From an uncultured bacterium (GTDB taxonomy: Bacteria; Margulisbacteria; WOR-1; JAKLHX01): DNA of 64,000 nt. This document shows positions 55,163-64,000 of the stretch, one piece after another. The first letter of the stretch is position 1; each line of letters opens with the position of its first letter. A program made the translations under genes and the position numbers. The stretch spans positions 22,846-86,845 of the forward strand of contig CAZHHM010000001.1 in assembly GCA_964532225.1 (NCBI GenBank). Direction: 5' to 3'. The notes under the pieces were generated by a model. It made no database searches. It was not told where the DNA came from and worked only from the letters and a program-made list of their open reading frames with translations.

Positions 55163-56032
55163 ATGAAAAAGACCGCTCTTACATTAATATTCCTGATACA
55201 ATTCGCGGCTTTCGCGGCCGCTTTCCCGTCCACTGTCACAGACGATGACGGCACAAGATACACGATCATCTCAAGGCCCGCGAGGATAGTGTCGACCATG
55301 CCGAGCAATACCGAGATACTATTTTCTCTGGGGCTTTCACGAGAGGTAGTGGCCGTGACCGATAAATGCAATTATCCGCCCGCAGCCCTTAAAAAAGCGC
55401 GTATCGGCTCTTATCCTCTCAACGCGGAAAAAGTGGTGTCGCTGAATCCCGATCTGGTAGTTATGCTTAAGGACGCACAAAAAGCTGATGTCGAAAGGTT
55501 CAAGGAGCTGGGGCTGCCCGTGTTCGTGATCAACCCTCACAACATCGCCGATCTTATCGGGTCGATCGCCAGGCTCGGAAGGGCAACGGGAAAACTTAAA
55601 GAAGCCGACGATCTGATAACAAGGATGAAAAGAAAGCTCAATGCCGTTGAAAAAAGAAATAGCGGAAGAACGGCCCCCGTCGTATTCGTTTCGCTTTGGC
55701 CGGACAGCCTGATCACGGCCGGACCCGGCACCTTCATATCGGATGCCGTCCGTCTTGCCGGAGGGCGGAACCTCGGGGACAGCGCAAGAACGCCGTATCC
55801 GCTGCTTAATCCTGAAGAGCTCGTGGGCCAGGACCCTGACCTTATCATAATCGCCGGAAAGAGCCTTGATGATATCAAGCGCTTCAGGCAGAATAAAAGA
55901 TGGTCGGGCATCAAAGCGATCAGGGAGAACAGGCTTCTTCTCATCGACAGCGACCTTTTGACAAGGCCCTCTCCCAGGATAGTGGATGCCGTGGACCTTA
56001 TATCGACTTACATGGACGGGAGGATAAGATGA
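55163..56032 (+). CDS. ABC transporter periplasmic substrate-binding protein (BtuF / Fe3+-siderophore cluster A-II family)
   Basis: Signal peptide MKKTALTLIFLIQFAAFAAA, then RIVSTMPSNTEILFSLGL, VVAVTDKCNYPP and LNPDLVV motifs. Track start trimmed to ATG 55163. Confidence 0.8.
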   Translation: MKKTALTLIFLIQFAAFAAAFPSTVTDDDGTRYTIISRPARIVSTMPSNTEILFSLGLSREVVAVTDKCNYPPAALKKARIGSYPLNAEKVVSLNPDLVVMLKDAQKADVERFKELGLPVFVINPHNIADLIGSIARLGRATGKLKEADDLITRMKRKLNAVEKRNSGRTAPVVFVSLWPDSLITAGPGTFISDAVRLAGGRNLGDSARTPYPLLNPEELVGQDPDLIIIAGKSLDDIKRFRQNKRWSGIKAIRENRLLLIDSDLLTRPSPRIVDAVDLISTYMDGRIR

Positions 56033-56982
56033 AAAAGGCCGCAGCGCTTTTCCTTCTCATGCTGCTGCTCCTGATAGCGGCAGCTGCAGCCAGCGGATGC
56101 ATAGGCGCGATCATGGTGGACCCTTTCAACGGCTCGTATCTTTCAAACGTAATTGTCTGGCAGATACGCATGCCGCGCGTCATAATGGCGGCGATAGCCG
56201 GAGCGATGCTCTCGATGTCGGGTGCGCTCCTGCAGTCATCTTTGCGTAACGACCTTTCCGATCCGTACATCCTTGGGGTCAGTTCAGGGGGAGGCGTCGG
56301 CGCTGCCGCGGCGATAGTATTCTCTCTTCCGTTCATCTGGGTTTCTTTTTTCGCGTTTGCCGGAGCTCTCCTTACGGTGCTGACCGTCTACAGGATATCC
56401 AGGATGGCCTGCTCCTCAAATCCTGCCGTTCTTATACTGGCGGGCGTTGCGGTCTCATCTCTTTTAGGCGCACTGCTGACGATCCTTGCGATATCATCCG
56501 ACGACCTTTATACGATCTATTTTTGGATACTTGGGACGGTCTCAGGTGCTTCCTGGCATGAGGTCTCTTTCGCATCGTTCATACTTGTCACAGGCACAGT
56601 GCTGTCAATGACGCTTTCGCGAAAGCTTAACGCAATGGCCCTTGGTGACGAGGATGCAATGTCGCTCGGGATCGATGCCGTAAAGCTCAGGCTGAACGCG
56701 CTCTCGGTCGCGTCGCTTATGTCGGGGACGGTGGTGGCGCTAACCGGAATGATAGGGTTTGTAGGGCTTATGACCCCGCATATGGTCAGGGCCGTTGTGG
56801 GCAACAACAATGTGTATGTCATACCGCTTTCGGCCGTGTCAGGGGCTTTGCTCCTTGTTCTGTCGGACCTGGCCGCGCGGATGCTGCTTGCGCCGGCGGA
56901 CCTTCCTCTGGGCATAATCACTTCATTGCTCGGTGCCCCGTTCTTCATCTGGCTGCTGGTCAAAAGAAAGGCCGGCTGCTGA
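56028..56982 (+). CDS. FecCD/BtuC family ABC transporter permease
   Basis: RMPRVIMAAIAGAMLSMSGALLQ and GVSSGGGVGAAAAIV motifs; about 9 TM helices; ATGA overlap with the binding-protein stop. Confidence 0.85.
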
Positions 56983-57710
56983 TGGCTTTCCTTGAGGTCT
57001 CCAAGGCCCATGCCGGCTATGGCGGCAGGGACATCATCAAAGGCGCCGATATCTCGGCAGAAAGAGGAGAGCTTATCTGTCTTGCCGGACCGAACGGATC
57101 GGGCAAAACCACTCTCTTAAAAGTGATATCAGGTCTTCTTCGGCCTGGCAAAGGTTCGGTAAAGATCGGTGTAAATGACATATCGGAGATCGGCCGGGAG
57201 CAAACGGCAAGGCTGGTATCTTTTGTCCCGCAGCTGATCCAGCCCGTACCGGGGATCACCGTGCGCGACCTGATCAAGCTTGGACGCACAGCATACAGGA
57301 GCGGACCTCTCTCTTCAGATCCAGGCCTGCATAAAGCCGTTTCTCTCGCTTCTGAAAGGACAGGCGTCGCAGGACTTCTGGACAGGGACATATCGCAGAT
57401 AAGCGGCGGAGAGTTCCAGAGAGCTCTTATCGCCAGGTCCATCGCTCAGGACACAGGAGTGATACTGCTTGACGAGCCGGTAGCCCATCTTGATATCAAA
57501 TTCCAGAAGGATATCATGGACCTACTGGTATCTCTCACGGACAAGCTTGTGATCGCCACGTTCCACGACCTTTCTCTTGCAGCCAGATACGCCAAACGCG
57601 TGGTCCTGATGAAGGACGGCGTTATAGTAAACGACGGCGAGATGGCGGGATTAAAAGGCAGCGGGGTTATTTCAAGCGTCTACGGTGTGGACGAAAGCCT
57701 CATCTTCTAA
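56982..57710 (+). CDS. ABC transporter ATP-binding protein (FecE/BtuD-like)
   Basis: Walker A GPNGSGKTTLLK, signature LSGGEFQRALIA, Walker B ILLDEP. Confidence 0.85.
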   Translation: MAFLEVSKAHAGYGGRDIIKGADISAERGELICLAGPNGSGKTTLLKVISGLLRPGKGSVKIGVNDISEIGREQTARLVSFVPQLIQPVPGITVRDLIKLGRTAYRSGPLSSDPGLHKAVSLASERTGVAGLLDRDISQISGGEFQRALIARSIAQDTGVILLDEPVAHLDIKFQKDIMDLLVSLTDKLVIATFHDLSLAARYAKRVVLMKDGVIVNDGEMAGLKGSGVISSVYGVDESLIF

Positions 57711-60297
57711 AACAGACAAGGTCCTGCTTGACCACATCCGAAACGATCTCGACCTCATTGTCGCCAAGGTCCCTAACCTGGACAGTGTCCGCATATTGCG
57801 AATATTCCGGCAGGAGCTTCCCGAGGATGTTGTCCCCTTTAAGCAGGGCTGTCTCGTTGAAGACAGTGTCCGGCCTTTCCCTGAAGACCGCGGAATAAAA
57901 AATATCGGTCTCGACCAGGTCCTGGAAAAAATGCGTCCCGAAAGATATTTCAGGGACCAGATTGGCGGTCTTGAACGACAGCTCTACAAGTACGCTTGCT
58001 TTGTTTATCTCCGAGAAATTCACAGGAACACCCATTGAAGGGCTTGTTGTCCCCCATCTTCCCGGACCTATAAGCATTAGAGGGGTCTTTTCCCTGTCGT
58101 CTATCATCCTGTTGAGCCTGCCGATAAGTCTGGCGATATCGTACCTTGCCGACGGTTCAAGCTTTACATAATTGGCTGGGTCGACATAGACCATCCTTTT
58201 CAGCGAAAGGGAGATGTTGCCGCCCATGAAATTACCCTTTGTTCTTATGATGAGCCTGTCAGAGGGTACGTTCTCGGGTATGTGGACCTTGATCTGCCCT
58301 CCTTTCGTCTGCAGCGGCCTGCACTGAAGCAGGTTGATGCTCATCTTGTCCTCGCTCCCGAAGTTGACAGTGAATTCGGTGTCGACAGGATGTCCGTACT
58401 GCGATTCAAGGAACTTTAGCATTTTCTGCATGGTGGCGGGGAACCCGGAGCCGGACAGGAAGCGGTCGAAGTTCATTATCCAGTATTTCCTGTCCTTAAG
58501 GCCCATTCCTGAAGCGATGCTTTCGGCCTCATGGTCCTCATCGGCGAACTTTTGCACATTGCCTGCGCCTATCTCCGCCAAAAGGTCGTTGAGCTCAACG
58601 GTGGAGTGGCAGTTGCACTTGGTGCTCAGTGCGTCGACCTTGTGCTGCGAGAACTTCCGCTCGTCCCTTATGCCGGCCAGAGGCTTGAGGAGCGGCTGGT
58701 CAAGCGCCACTATCCTGGGATAATCGTCCTCCACCCTGTTAACGGCGCGTGTTCCCAGGCCGTATACAAGTCGGAGCATGCCTGCCTTCGGGTCCATATC
58801 CGGGTTCCATACGAAAGTGTTGTAAGAGATCCCGACGCCCGCGAGGTCAGGAAGGAAGAAACCGTCCCTGTGCGAACCGGAGACCCTCTGCACGAGAAGG
58901 GCCATTTGCTCTTCCTGCTGGTCAAGGCCTTTCTGCATCCTGTAGAAGAGAGCGTCCTCGTTCATCGTGCTGGCAAATATCCTGCGTATCGCGTCCTCGA
59001 AAGCATGGTACCTTTCGTCGGGATTGCCCTGGTTGACGCAGAAGATGCTCTCATATTTGCCGGCGAAAACATTGCCGAAACTGTCCTCGAGCAGCGAGGA
59101 GGACCGGACAATGATAGGGGACTGGCCGAAATACTCTATCAGTTCCTGGAACTGCTCGCGTATCTCGTGCGGGAATTTACCGGACAAAAGCTTTTTCATG
59201 AGGTCCCCGGCCGCAGAGAAGTATTTCTCAGGCGTCTTCTGCTCCATGAGCTGCTTCCACCAGCCGTTCTGGACAATGTAGCTGTAGAAAACGTCCGATC
59301 CGATATAGAAAGAGTCGTGCTGTTCGAGCTGTTCGGCCCAGTTAACGCTCTTGTCCCTCTGGAGTATCTTCCGGGCAAGGAGCATGCCGACCGCTTTCCC
59401 TCCGATATAACCGGTGCCGATCATCTTTGACTTTATCTGCAGCAGGTCCTCGATGCTGAAGTTCTCCCGGGCCAGGGCCAGCATTTTTTCCTCCCTGCCG
59501 ATCATGATCCTGCAAAGTTGCTCGATCATTTTTGACTTTTCCTCGTCGGAGGCCCTGTCCTCGATCAGCGCCGTTGCCTTGAGGAATATCCTGTCCCAGT
59601 AATCAAGGAGCCTTTTGTTGTCTGTCGCGGTCTTTGATATATACGAAAAAAGTTTAGCGGCGTCCGCACTGTTGGTGATGGGGAAGAACTTCTCGCCCTG
59701 CATGACATGAGGGAGGAACATGGTGGGGGAATACCTGTTGAACACCTTGAGCGGGTGCACATGTATCCTGTTCTTCACGTTAAAGACATCGAGAAGGAGC
59801 TGCGTTGTCTCCCTTATCCTGGCGATGGTCTTGAACGAGTGACTGTTGCGGATAAGGCCGAAATAGGCGATAGTGTCCAGCTCGAAAAGGCGAGGGCAGG
59901 TTATCTGAAAAAAGTTGCCAATCATGAGGTCGGTGGCCCAGAATGAGAGAAGGTCGGAAAGGCAGTCAAAGACATAAAAGACGCCTTCGCCTTCTTTGTT
60001 GGCGATATTGTGTATCTGCGTGGAGAAGACCTCAAAACCGGCCTCAGGGTCGACCTTGTAGACCGTAACGCCGTCCTTTTCCGACAGGAGCGGAGGATGC
60101 GACGCGAACCTGATATACACTATCCTGCGCGACTGCTTTTTCGCGTTATTTACGTACGGAGCGACGAACTGCTCGTAATCGGAGACATTATCCACCTGCC
60201 AGACAACGTTATCCCCTATCCTGAGGCCGTGGACTATATCGTCAAGGCCCGCAAGACCGGTTGAGGCCTTCGTCGATGATATGCTCATTTTGAGCAT
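57700..60297 (-). CDS. PEP/pyruvate-binding (PPDK_N-like ATP-grasp) domain protein, 865 aa
   Basis: IGGKAVGMLLARKIL and SPIIVRSSSLLEDSFGNVFAGKYES resemble the pyruvate phosphate dikinase / PEP synthase N-terminal nucleotide-binding domain. No phospho-His swivel motif seen. Confidence 0.55.
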   Translation of the reverse strand: MLKMSISSTKASTGLAGLDDIVHGLRIGDNVVWQVDNVSDYEQFVAPYVNNAKKQSRRIVYIRFASHPPLLSEKDGVTVYKVDPEAGFEVFSTQIHNIANKEGEGVFYVFDCLSDLLSFWATDLMIGNFFQITCPRLFELDTIAYFGLIRNSHSFKTIARIRETTQLLLDVFNVKNRIHVHPLKVFNRYSPTMFLPHVMQGEKFFPITNSADAAKLFSYISKTATDNKRLLDYWDRIFLKATALIEDRASDEEKSKMIEQLCRIMIGREEKMLALARENFSIEDLLQIKSKMIGTGYIGGKAVGMLLARKILQRDKSVNWAEQLEQHDSFYIGSDVFYSYIVQNGWWKQLMEQKTPEKYFSAAGDLMKKLLSGKFPHEIREQFQELIEYFGQSPIIVRSSSLLEDSFGNVFAGKYESIFCVNQGNPDERYHAFEDAIRRIFASTMNEDALFYRMQKGLDQQEEQMALLVQRVSGSHRDGFFLPDLAGVGISYNTFVWNPDMDPKAGMLRLVYGLGTRAVNRVEDDYPRIVALDQPLLKPLAGIRDERKFSQHKVDALSTKCNCHSTVELNDLLAEIGAGNVQKFADEDHEAESIASGMGLKDRKYWIMNFDRFLSGSGFPATMQKMLKFLESQYGHPVDTEFTVNFGSEDKMSINLLQCRPLQTKGGQIKVHIPENVPSDRLIIRTKGNFMGGNISLSLKRMVYVDPANYVKLEPSARYDIARLIGRLNRMIDDREKTPLMLIGPGRWGTTSPSMGVPVNFSEINKASVLVELSFKTANLVPEISFGTHFFQDLVETDIFYSAVFRERPDTVFNETALLKGDNILGKLLPEYSQYADTVQVRDLGDNEVEIVSDVVKQDLVCFRR

Positions 60298-60314
60298 ATT
60301 ATATCACCGTGATA
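60281..60314. promoter_or_regulatory. Two adjacent palindromes in the 27-bp divergent intergenic region: ATGCTCAtttTGAGCAT, which contains the minus-strand start codon, and TATCACcGTGATA
   Basis: 7-3-7 palindrome at 60281-60297 and 6-1-6 palindrome at 60302-60314, between the PPDK_N-like gene (start 60297) and xth (start 60325). Confidence 0.35.
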
Positions 60315-60324
60315 GAATTTAAGC

Positions 60325-61098
60325 ATGAGAGCTAAAAAACTGATATCCTGGAACGTCAACGGCATCAGGGCGTCCCAGAAAAAAGGCCTTATCGAATGGG
60401 TGGAGAAGGAGTCGCCCGACGTGCTTTGCCTTCAGGAGACAAAAGCGTCTCCGGAGCAGCTCTCCCCTGAGCTTATCAACATCAAAGGCTACACATCGTA
60501 TTTTTCATCGGCCGAGAAAAAAGGCTACAGCGGGGTCGCAGTGTACACTAAGGAGCCGGCCGTAAAAGTTAAGACCGGCTTCGGCATAAAGAAGTTCGAC
60601 AGCGAAGGCCGTATGATCGCGGCAGATCTGGGAAAGTTCGTCCTTCTTAACATCTATTTCCCCAACGGGAAAGCCTCTCCCGAAAGGCTCGCCTACAAGA
60701 TGGAGTTCTATGAGGAGTTCCTCAAATATGCCGACAGCCTGACAAGGTCAGGCCGGGACCTGGTGGTATGCGGCGATGTGAACACCGCGCACAAGCCGAT
60801 AGACCTGGCAAGGCCGAAGGAGAACGAGAGCGTATCGGGCTTCCTTCCCGAAGAAAGGGCCTTTCTCGACAAACTCGTTGCACACGGATACTCGGATACA
60901 CTGCGCATGTTCGACCCGTCTCCCGGGCTCTATACCTGGTGGGACCTTAAGAGCGGCGCCAGGTCAAGGAACGTAGGCTGGAGGATAGATTATTTCTTCG
61001 TGAACGACGCCTTCAAGGATAAAGTAAGGTCCGCCTTCATACTCAAGGACGTGCAGGGCTCCGACCATTGTCCGATCGGGATAGTGCTAGAATCATAA
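60325..61098 (+). CDS. xth: Exodeoxyribonuclease III (AP endonuclease, Xth family)
   Basis: [17 protein letters not shown] and SDHCPI motifs of the EEP/ExoIII family; 257 aa. Confidence 0.9.
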   Translation: MRAKKLISWNVNGIRASQKKGLIEWVEKESPDVLCLQETKASPEQLSPELINIKGYTSYFSSAEKKGYSGVAVYTKEPAVKVKTGFGIKKFDSEGRMIAADLGKFVLLNIYFPNGKASPERLAYKMEFYEEFLKYADSLTRSGRDLVVCGDVNTAHKPIDLARPKENESVSGFLPEERAFLDKLVAHGYSDTLRMFDPSPGLYTWWDLKSGARSRNVGWRIDYFFVNDAFKDKVRSAFILKDVQGSDHCPIGIVLES

Positions 61099-61099
61099 T

Positions 61100-62122
61100 A
61101 TGAGGATAGTAATAACAGGCAATCCCGACTCGGGACAGAGAGAGCTTTTTTCGATACAGACGGGCATAGCTCTTGACGTTATCTCGCAGAAGCCCATGGA
61201 AGTGCAAAAGGGCGTCTGCGACGTAAAAGACCCGCGCATCATGAAGCTGTCCGAGATGTACAAGCCCAAAAAGACCACCTACACGAAGATAGAGTACAGC
61301 CTGCTCCCCGACTTCAATCTGCAGGGTCCGGCAAAGACACTGGTCCTTAACGAGCTGCGCAATTCGGATGAGATCTGCTGGGTGTGCCGGAGCGAAGAAG
61401 CCGATAAGGATGTCGACGCCTTCATTTCGGAGCTGTTCATCAACGACATGATGCTTGTGGAAAAAAGGCTCGAGACTCTTGAAAAGGAACTTAAGAAGAA
61501 GCAGGTCGAGTCGAAGGAAAAAGAAAGATCTCTCATACAGCGCTGCAAGCAGGCGATAGACGAGAACAGGATGATCAGGACCCTGGAATTCACTCAGGAA
61601 GAGAACGTGCTTATCAGGACGCTGCAGTTCCTGACGGCAAAGCCTATAGTCGTTGTGATCAACTCCGAAGAAGGGCAGGACGCGTCAGCGCTTGCGTCCG
61701 GCATAGAAAGCAAGTTCGGGACAGCGGCCATTTCGTTTAACGCAAAGATTGAAGAAGAGATAAGCAGGCTCTCGGACGAGGACAAAAAGACCTTCATGCA
61801 GGAGTTCGGCATAGAAGAACCCGCGCTGCAAAAGATGACGCGGGTAGTTTACCGCTCGCTTGGCCTGATATCATTCTTCACCGTAGGCGAGGACGAGGTA
61901 AGGGCCTGGCCGATCAGAGCGGGTGCTTCGGCCCAGGAAGCCGGCGGAGCGATCCATTCGGACATAGCCAAGGGCTTTGTAAGGGCGGAGCTGTTCAAGT
62001 ATGCCGATCTCCTGGAGGCCGGCTCTGAGGCAAAGCTCAAGGATACGGGCAAATACTACCTCAAAGGCCGCGACTATACCATGGAAGACGGCGACATCGC
62101 GAGCTTCAGGTTCAACGTTTAG
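61100..62122 (+). CDS. YchF-like protein with intact C-terminal TGS/YchF domain but degenerate G motifs (probable pseudo-GTPase)
   Basis: C-terminus LISFFTVGEDEVRAWPIRAGASAQEAGGAIHSDIAKGFVRAE....EDGDIASFRFNV matches the YchF C-terminal domain. The N-terminal G1 is GNPDSGQRELF instead of GLPNVGKSTLF (P-loop Lys replaced by Gln), and G4 NVNE is replaced by RSEE. Confidence 0.6.
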   Translation: MRIVITGNPDSGQRELFSIQTGIALDVISQKPMEVQKGVCDVKDPRIMKLSEMYKPKKTTYTKIEYSLLPDFNLQGPAKTLVLNELRNSDEICWVCRSEEADKDVDAFISELFINDMMLVEKRLETLEKELKKKQVESKEKERSLIQRCKQAIDENRMIRTLEFTQEENVLIRTLQFLTAKPIVVVINSEEGQDASALASGIESKFGTAAISFNAKIEEEISRLSDEDKKTFMQEFGIEEPALQKMTRVVYRSLGLISFFTVGEDEVRAWPIRAGASAQEAGGAIHSDIAKGFVRAELFKYADLLEAGSEAKLKDTGKYYLKGRDYTMEDGDIASFRFNV

Positions 62123-62131
62123 TCCTCAGCC

Positions 62132-62572
62132 CTAGAACACCTTCCAGCTTATCTTTGAGTACGGCAAAGTGTGCTCCAGCGACTGATAACAAAGATGGGA
62201 GCTGCTTGCCGGGTCCTTTCCCAAAAAACCAATGCTGTACACGCGGTCAATGCCCGCTGGCTTTATCAGCTTAAATCCGCCCTGTCCCATAAGATATATC
62301 TTCCCTTTGCACGAGTACAGCAGCTGCTTTTTGTCGTTGGCGGCGACAGGAGGGTCGGTCACGAAAGAAGGGTCCTTGACCAGAGCGGATTTTGCCGTCT
62401 CGATGCCGGATTCGGACAGATAAAAGACACATTCGCCCAGATAGGCATCACGGCTTTGTTTGAGCCTGGCGACAGAAAGAACGGACATTATCACGATGCC
62501 TGACAGCAGGACGAACAAAATGAACAGGCTGGAGGCAAGCACAAACCCACTGCGCGCTCTCATGACCTGCAA
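62132..62572 (-). CDS. Pseudopilin-like protein (GspK/PilX-like N-terminal hydrophobic segment)
   Basis: RARSGFVLASSLFILFVLLSGIVIMSV; 146 aa; last of four tandem minor-pilin-like genes. Confidence 0.45.
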   Translation of the reverse strand: MQVMRARSGFVLASSLFILFVLLSGIVIMSVLSVARLKQSRDAYLGECVFYLSESGIETAKSALVKDPSFVTDPPVAANDKKQLLYSCKGKIYLMGQGGFKLIKPAGIDRVYSIGFLGKDPASSSHLCYQSLEHTLPYSKISWKVF

Positions 62573-62988
62573 AAGGCCTCTACCGTTAACGGTGCCCCTG
62601 AAAGCTCCGGAACTATCGTGGTCGTCACCAGCTTTCCCGACAGGAAAAACGAAAGGCCTTTGATCGTATCCTCGTCGGTGATATACATTACCGATGTCCC
62701 TTTGGTCCGTTTAAGGCGCCCCAGGCTGAGCTCAAATGAGATCTGATACCCCGGCTGATCAAGGACGAGCTTTGACGGGCCAGAGAGAGGCGATATGCCC
62801 GACGATGACCTCACCTCATTCCTTATCAGCCAGCCGGCATGGCCGCACTGGGCTGTGTTGATGCAATAGGATGAAAATGTGCCGCAAAAGGCCGATTGCC
62901 TGAGGCAAAGTGTCGAGACCGAAAGAAGGAATACGGCCGATACGGACACAGCTATCATCATTTCTATCAGAGTAAAACCTTTAATCAT
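62560..62988 (-). CDS. Prepilin-type N-terminal cleavage/methylation domain protein (type IV pilin-like / T2SS pseudopilin)
   Basis: MIKGFTLIEMMIAV class III signal motif; 142 aa. Confidence 0.7.
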   Translation of the reverse strand: MIKGFTLIEMMIAVSVSAVFLLSVSTLCLRQSAFCGTFSSYCINTAQCGHAGWLIRNEVRSSSGISPLSGPSKLVLDQPGYQISFELSLGRLKRTKGTSVMYITDEDTIKGLSFFLSGKLVTTTIVPELSGAPLTVEAFCRS

Positions 62989-63277
62989 ATCGGGACCTTA
63001 CCAGGTACAATGGCCGCGCGCCCGATGACGTTACAATAAGCTTTGTGTCGGCATCTATGGCAGATACCGAATATGACGCAGTTGACGACAGGGCGTCGAA
63101 CGACTGAGACCTTGTGCCCTCAAGGCAGTTGGATGAGGCCCGAGTCTCCCTGTCGTTGCCGGCCGCCTTTTCAACTGCTGTAACAGAAGCTCTCAAGGCT
63201 CCGTTATATGACACCGCAAAGACAGTGAACAGTAATATCGCGACCGTCAGCTCTATCAAAGTAAAACCTTTGTTCAT
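62981..63277 (-). CDS. Prepilin-type N-terminal cleavage/methylation domain protein
   Basis: MNKGFTLIELTVAIL; 98 aa. Confidence 0.7.
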   Translation of the reverse strand: MNKGFTLIELTVAILLFTVFAVSYNGALRASVTAVEKAAGNDRETRASSNCLEGTRSQSFDALSSTASYSVSAIDADTKLIVTSSGARPLYLVRSRYD

Positions 63278-63696
63278 TCCATCCTTATCCTTCCGGCAGA
63301 GGAAATTACTATCTTCCTTTGTCCGCTGACAGTTATGGTCCCGAACTTTCCGGGCACGGGATATCCGGAAGGGGAGAACTCGATGTTCAGTGCCCCGGTG
63401 AGCTTCGCGGGTAAGAATCGCCTTTCAAGGACGACGGGAGGAAGTCCTCCAGAAAAAGAAGCAACACTAAGTGTGTATTTTGCCGGGCCGATGGACAGAA
63501 CAGTATTGGCTCCACGCATGGCGGCAAGCTGCCGCGCGGCGATGACATCGTTGAAAAGCGTAACTGCAATGTTGCGTGTATTTACCGCTTTCAGATGGAA
63601 AGTGTAGGCCTTGACCGGAAAAAGAGAGAACGTCAGGGCTATAGCAAGTACGGTGATGAGCTCGATGAGAGTGAAAGCGTTCTTCATAAGGGGCAA
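63274..63696 (-). CDS. Prepilin-type N-terminal cleavage/methylation domain protein (GspH-like size)
   Basis: KNAFTLIELITVLAI; 140 aa. Confidence 0.65.
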   Translation of the reverse strand: MPLMKNAFTLIELITVLAIALTFSLFPVKAYTFHLKAVNTRNIAVTLFNDVIAARQLAAMRGANTVLSIGPAKYTLSVASFSGGLPPVVLERRFLPAKLTGALNIEFSPSGYPVPGKFGTITVSGQRKIVISSAGRIRME

Positions 63697-63704
63697 TGAG
63701 CAAT

Positions 63705-64000
63705 TTAGCCGCCGTTGACCACAGTATTATCGATAAGACGGGTCTTCCCGATGAAGACAGCAAGGGCGATCAAAGTGGGGCCTTTTATTACCGGCTTTTC
63801 CGCAAAGGTCTCCGGATCGGATATCGAGATGTAGTCTATACTGGCGGTCTTTTCGGATAATATCGTCCTTTTAACGGCGCCAAGAACGGCGCTTCTTTTT
63901 CTTGTGCCTTTCCGCACAAGTTCCCGTGCGACGGCAAGAGATCTTGAAAGGACCAGGGCGGCCTTTCTTTCTTCTTTTGACAAATAAGCGTTCCTTGAGC
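63705..64000 (-). CDS. panC: Pantoate--beta-alanine ligase, C-terminal part (gene continues beyond the window end)
   Basis: ..SRNAYLSKEERKAAL......AVFIGKTRLIDN parallels E. coli PanC C-terminus SSRNGYLTAEQRK...AARLGSTRLIDN. The ORF is open through position 64000. Confidence 0.65.
   Translation of the reverse strand, partial: SRNAYLSKEERKAALVLSRSLAVARELVRKGTRKRSAVLGAVKRTILSEKTASIDYISISDPETFAEKPVIKGPTLIALAVFIGKTRLIDNTVVNGG

Noticed and set aside
58531-59430. 299-aa plus-strand ORF inside the PPDK_N-like gene
   Set aside because: Antisense; the minus-strand frame carries the conserved PPDK_N motifs.
1-64000. Search for tRNA, rRNA, CRISPR arrays, IS elements and integrases
   Set aside because: No cloverleaf-compatible intergenic segments. 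The longest gap is 220 bp and is AT-rich without tRNA features. No direct-repeat/spacer arrays and no transposase or integrase motifs (DDE, tyrosine recombinase R..HxxR..Y) in any ORF.

Overview
This 64 kb window is a compact, mostly housekeeping stretch of a Gram-negative anaerobe, interrupted by one large accessory operon of unknown function. The window has standard genetic code, Shine-Dalgarno sites, and many ATGA/TGATG overlapping gene junctions. There is a T9SS-type C-terminal domain and an O2-detoxification cluster. I saw no rRNA, tRNA, CRISPR array, transposase or integrase.

Recognisable genes:
- Left end: lipoprotein/ACP/acyl-AMP ligase operon and nadE.
- Next: PflX-like radical SAM protein, two hypothetical repeat proteins, a class I glutamine amidotransferase, pfkA, a YunC-like protein, a PEBP, an EamA transporter, a flavin reductase and an AEC transporter.
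- O2/ROS cluster: FprA, PerR-like Fur regulator, rubredoxin, desulfoferrodoxin and rubrerythrin.
- Then ogg and a NagB-LmbE fusion.
- Right side: MBL hydrolase, secDF, ftsK, a BtuFCD-like ABC importer, a PPDK_N-like protein, xth, a degenerate YchF-like protein, four prepilin-type pseudopilin genes and a truncated panC.

The centre of the window (about 20.6-49.7 kb, all minus strand) is a roughly 29 kb operon that I could not assign to any described system. It contains:
- giant proteins of 2524 and 2580 aa;
- three glycoside hydrolases: GH26-like, GH16 lichenase-type, and a protein with three tandem GH17-like modules ending in a T9SS-like C-terminal domain;
- a LysM protein;
- two paralogous proteins with FlgD/Ig-like C-termini.

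None of these has a Sec signal peptide, although flanking periplasmic proteins do. They also share short sequence modules of unknown function. This is the most interesting candidate in the window.

Smaller nucleotide-level observations: a PerR-type operator palindrome overlapping a promoter, dispersed G-rich (GGGAAC)n intergenic repeats, in-frame heptamer repeats inside nadE and the amidotransferase, and several apparently leaderless promoters.
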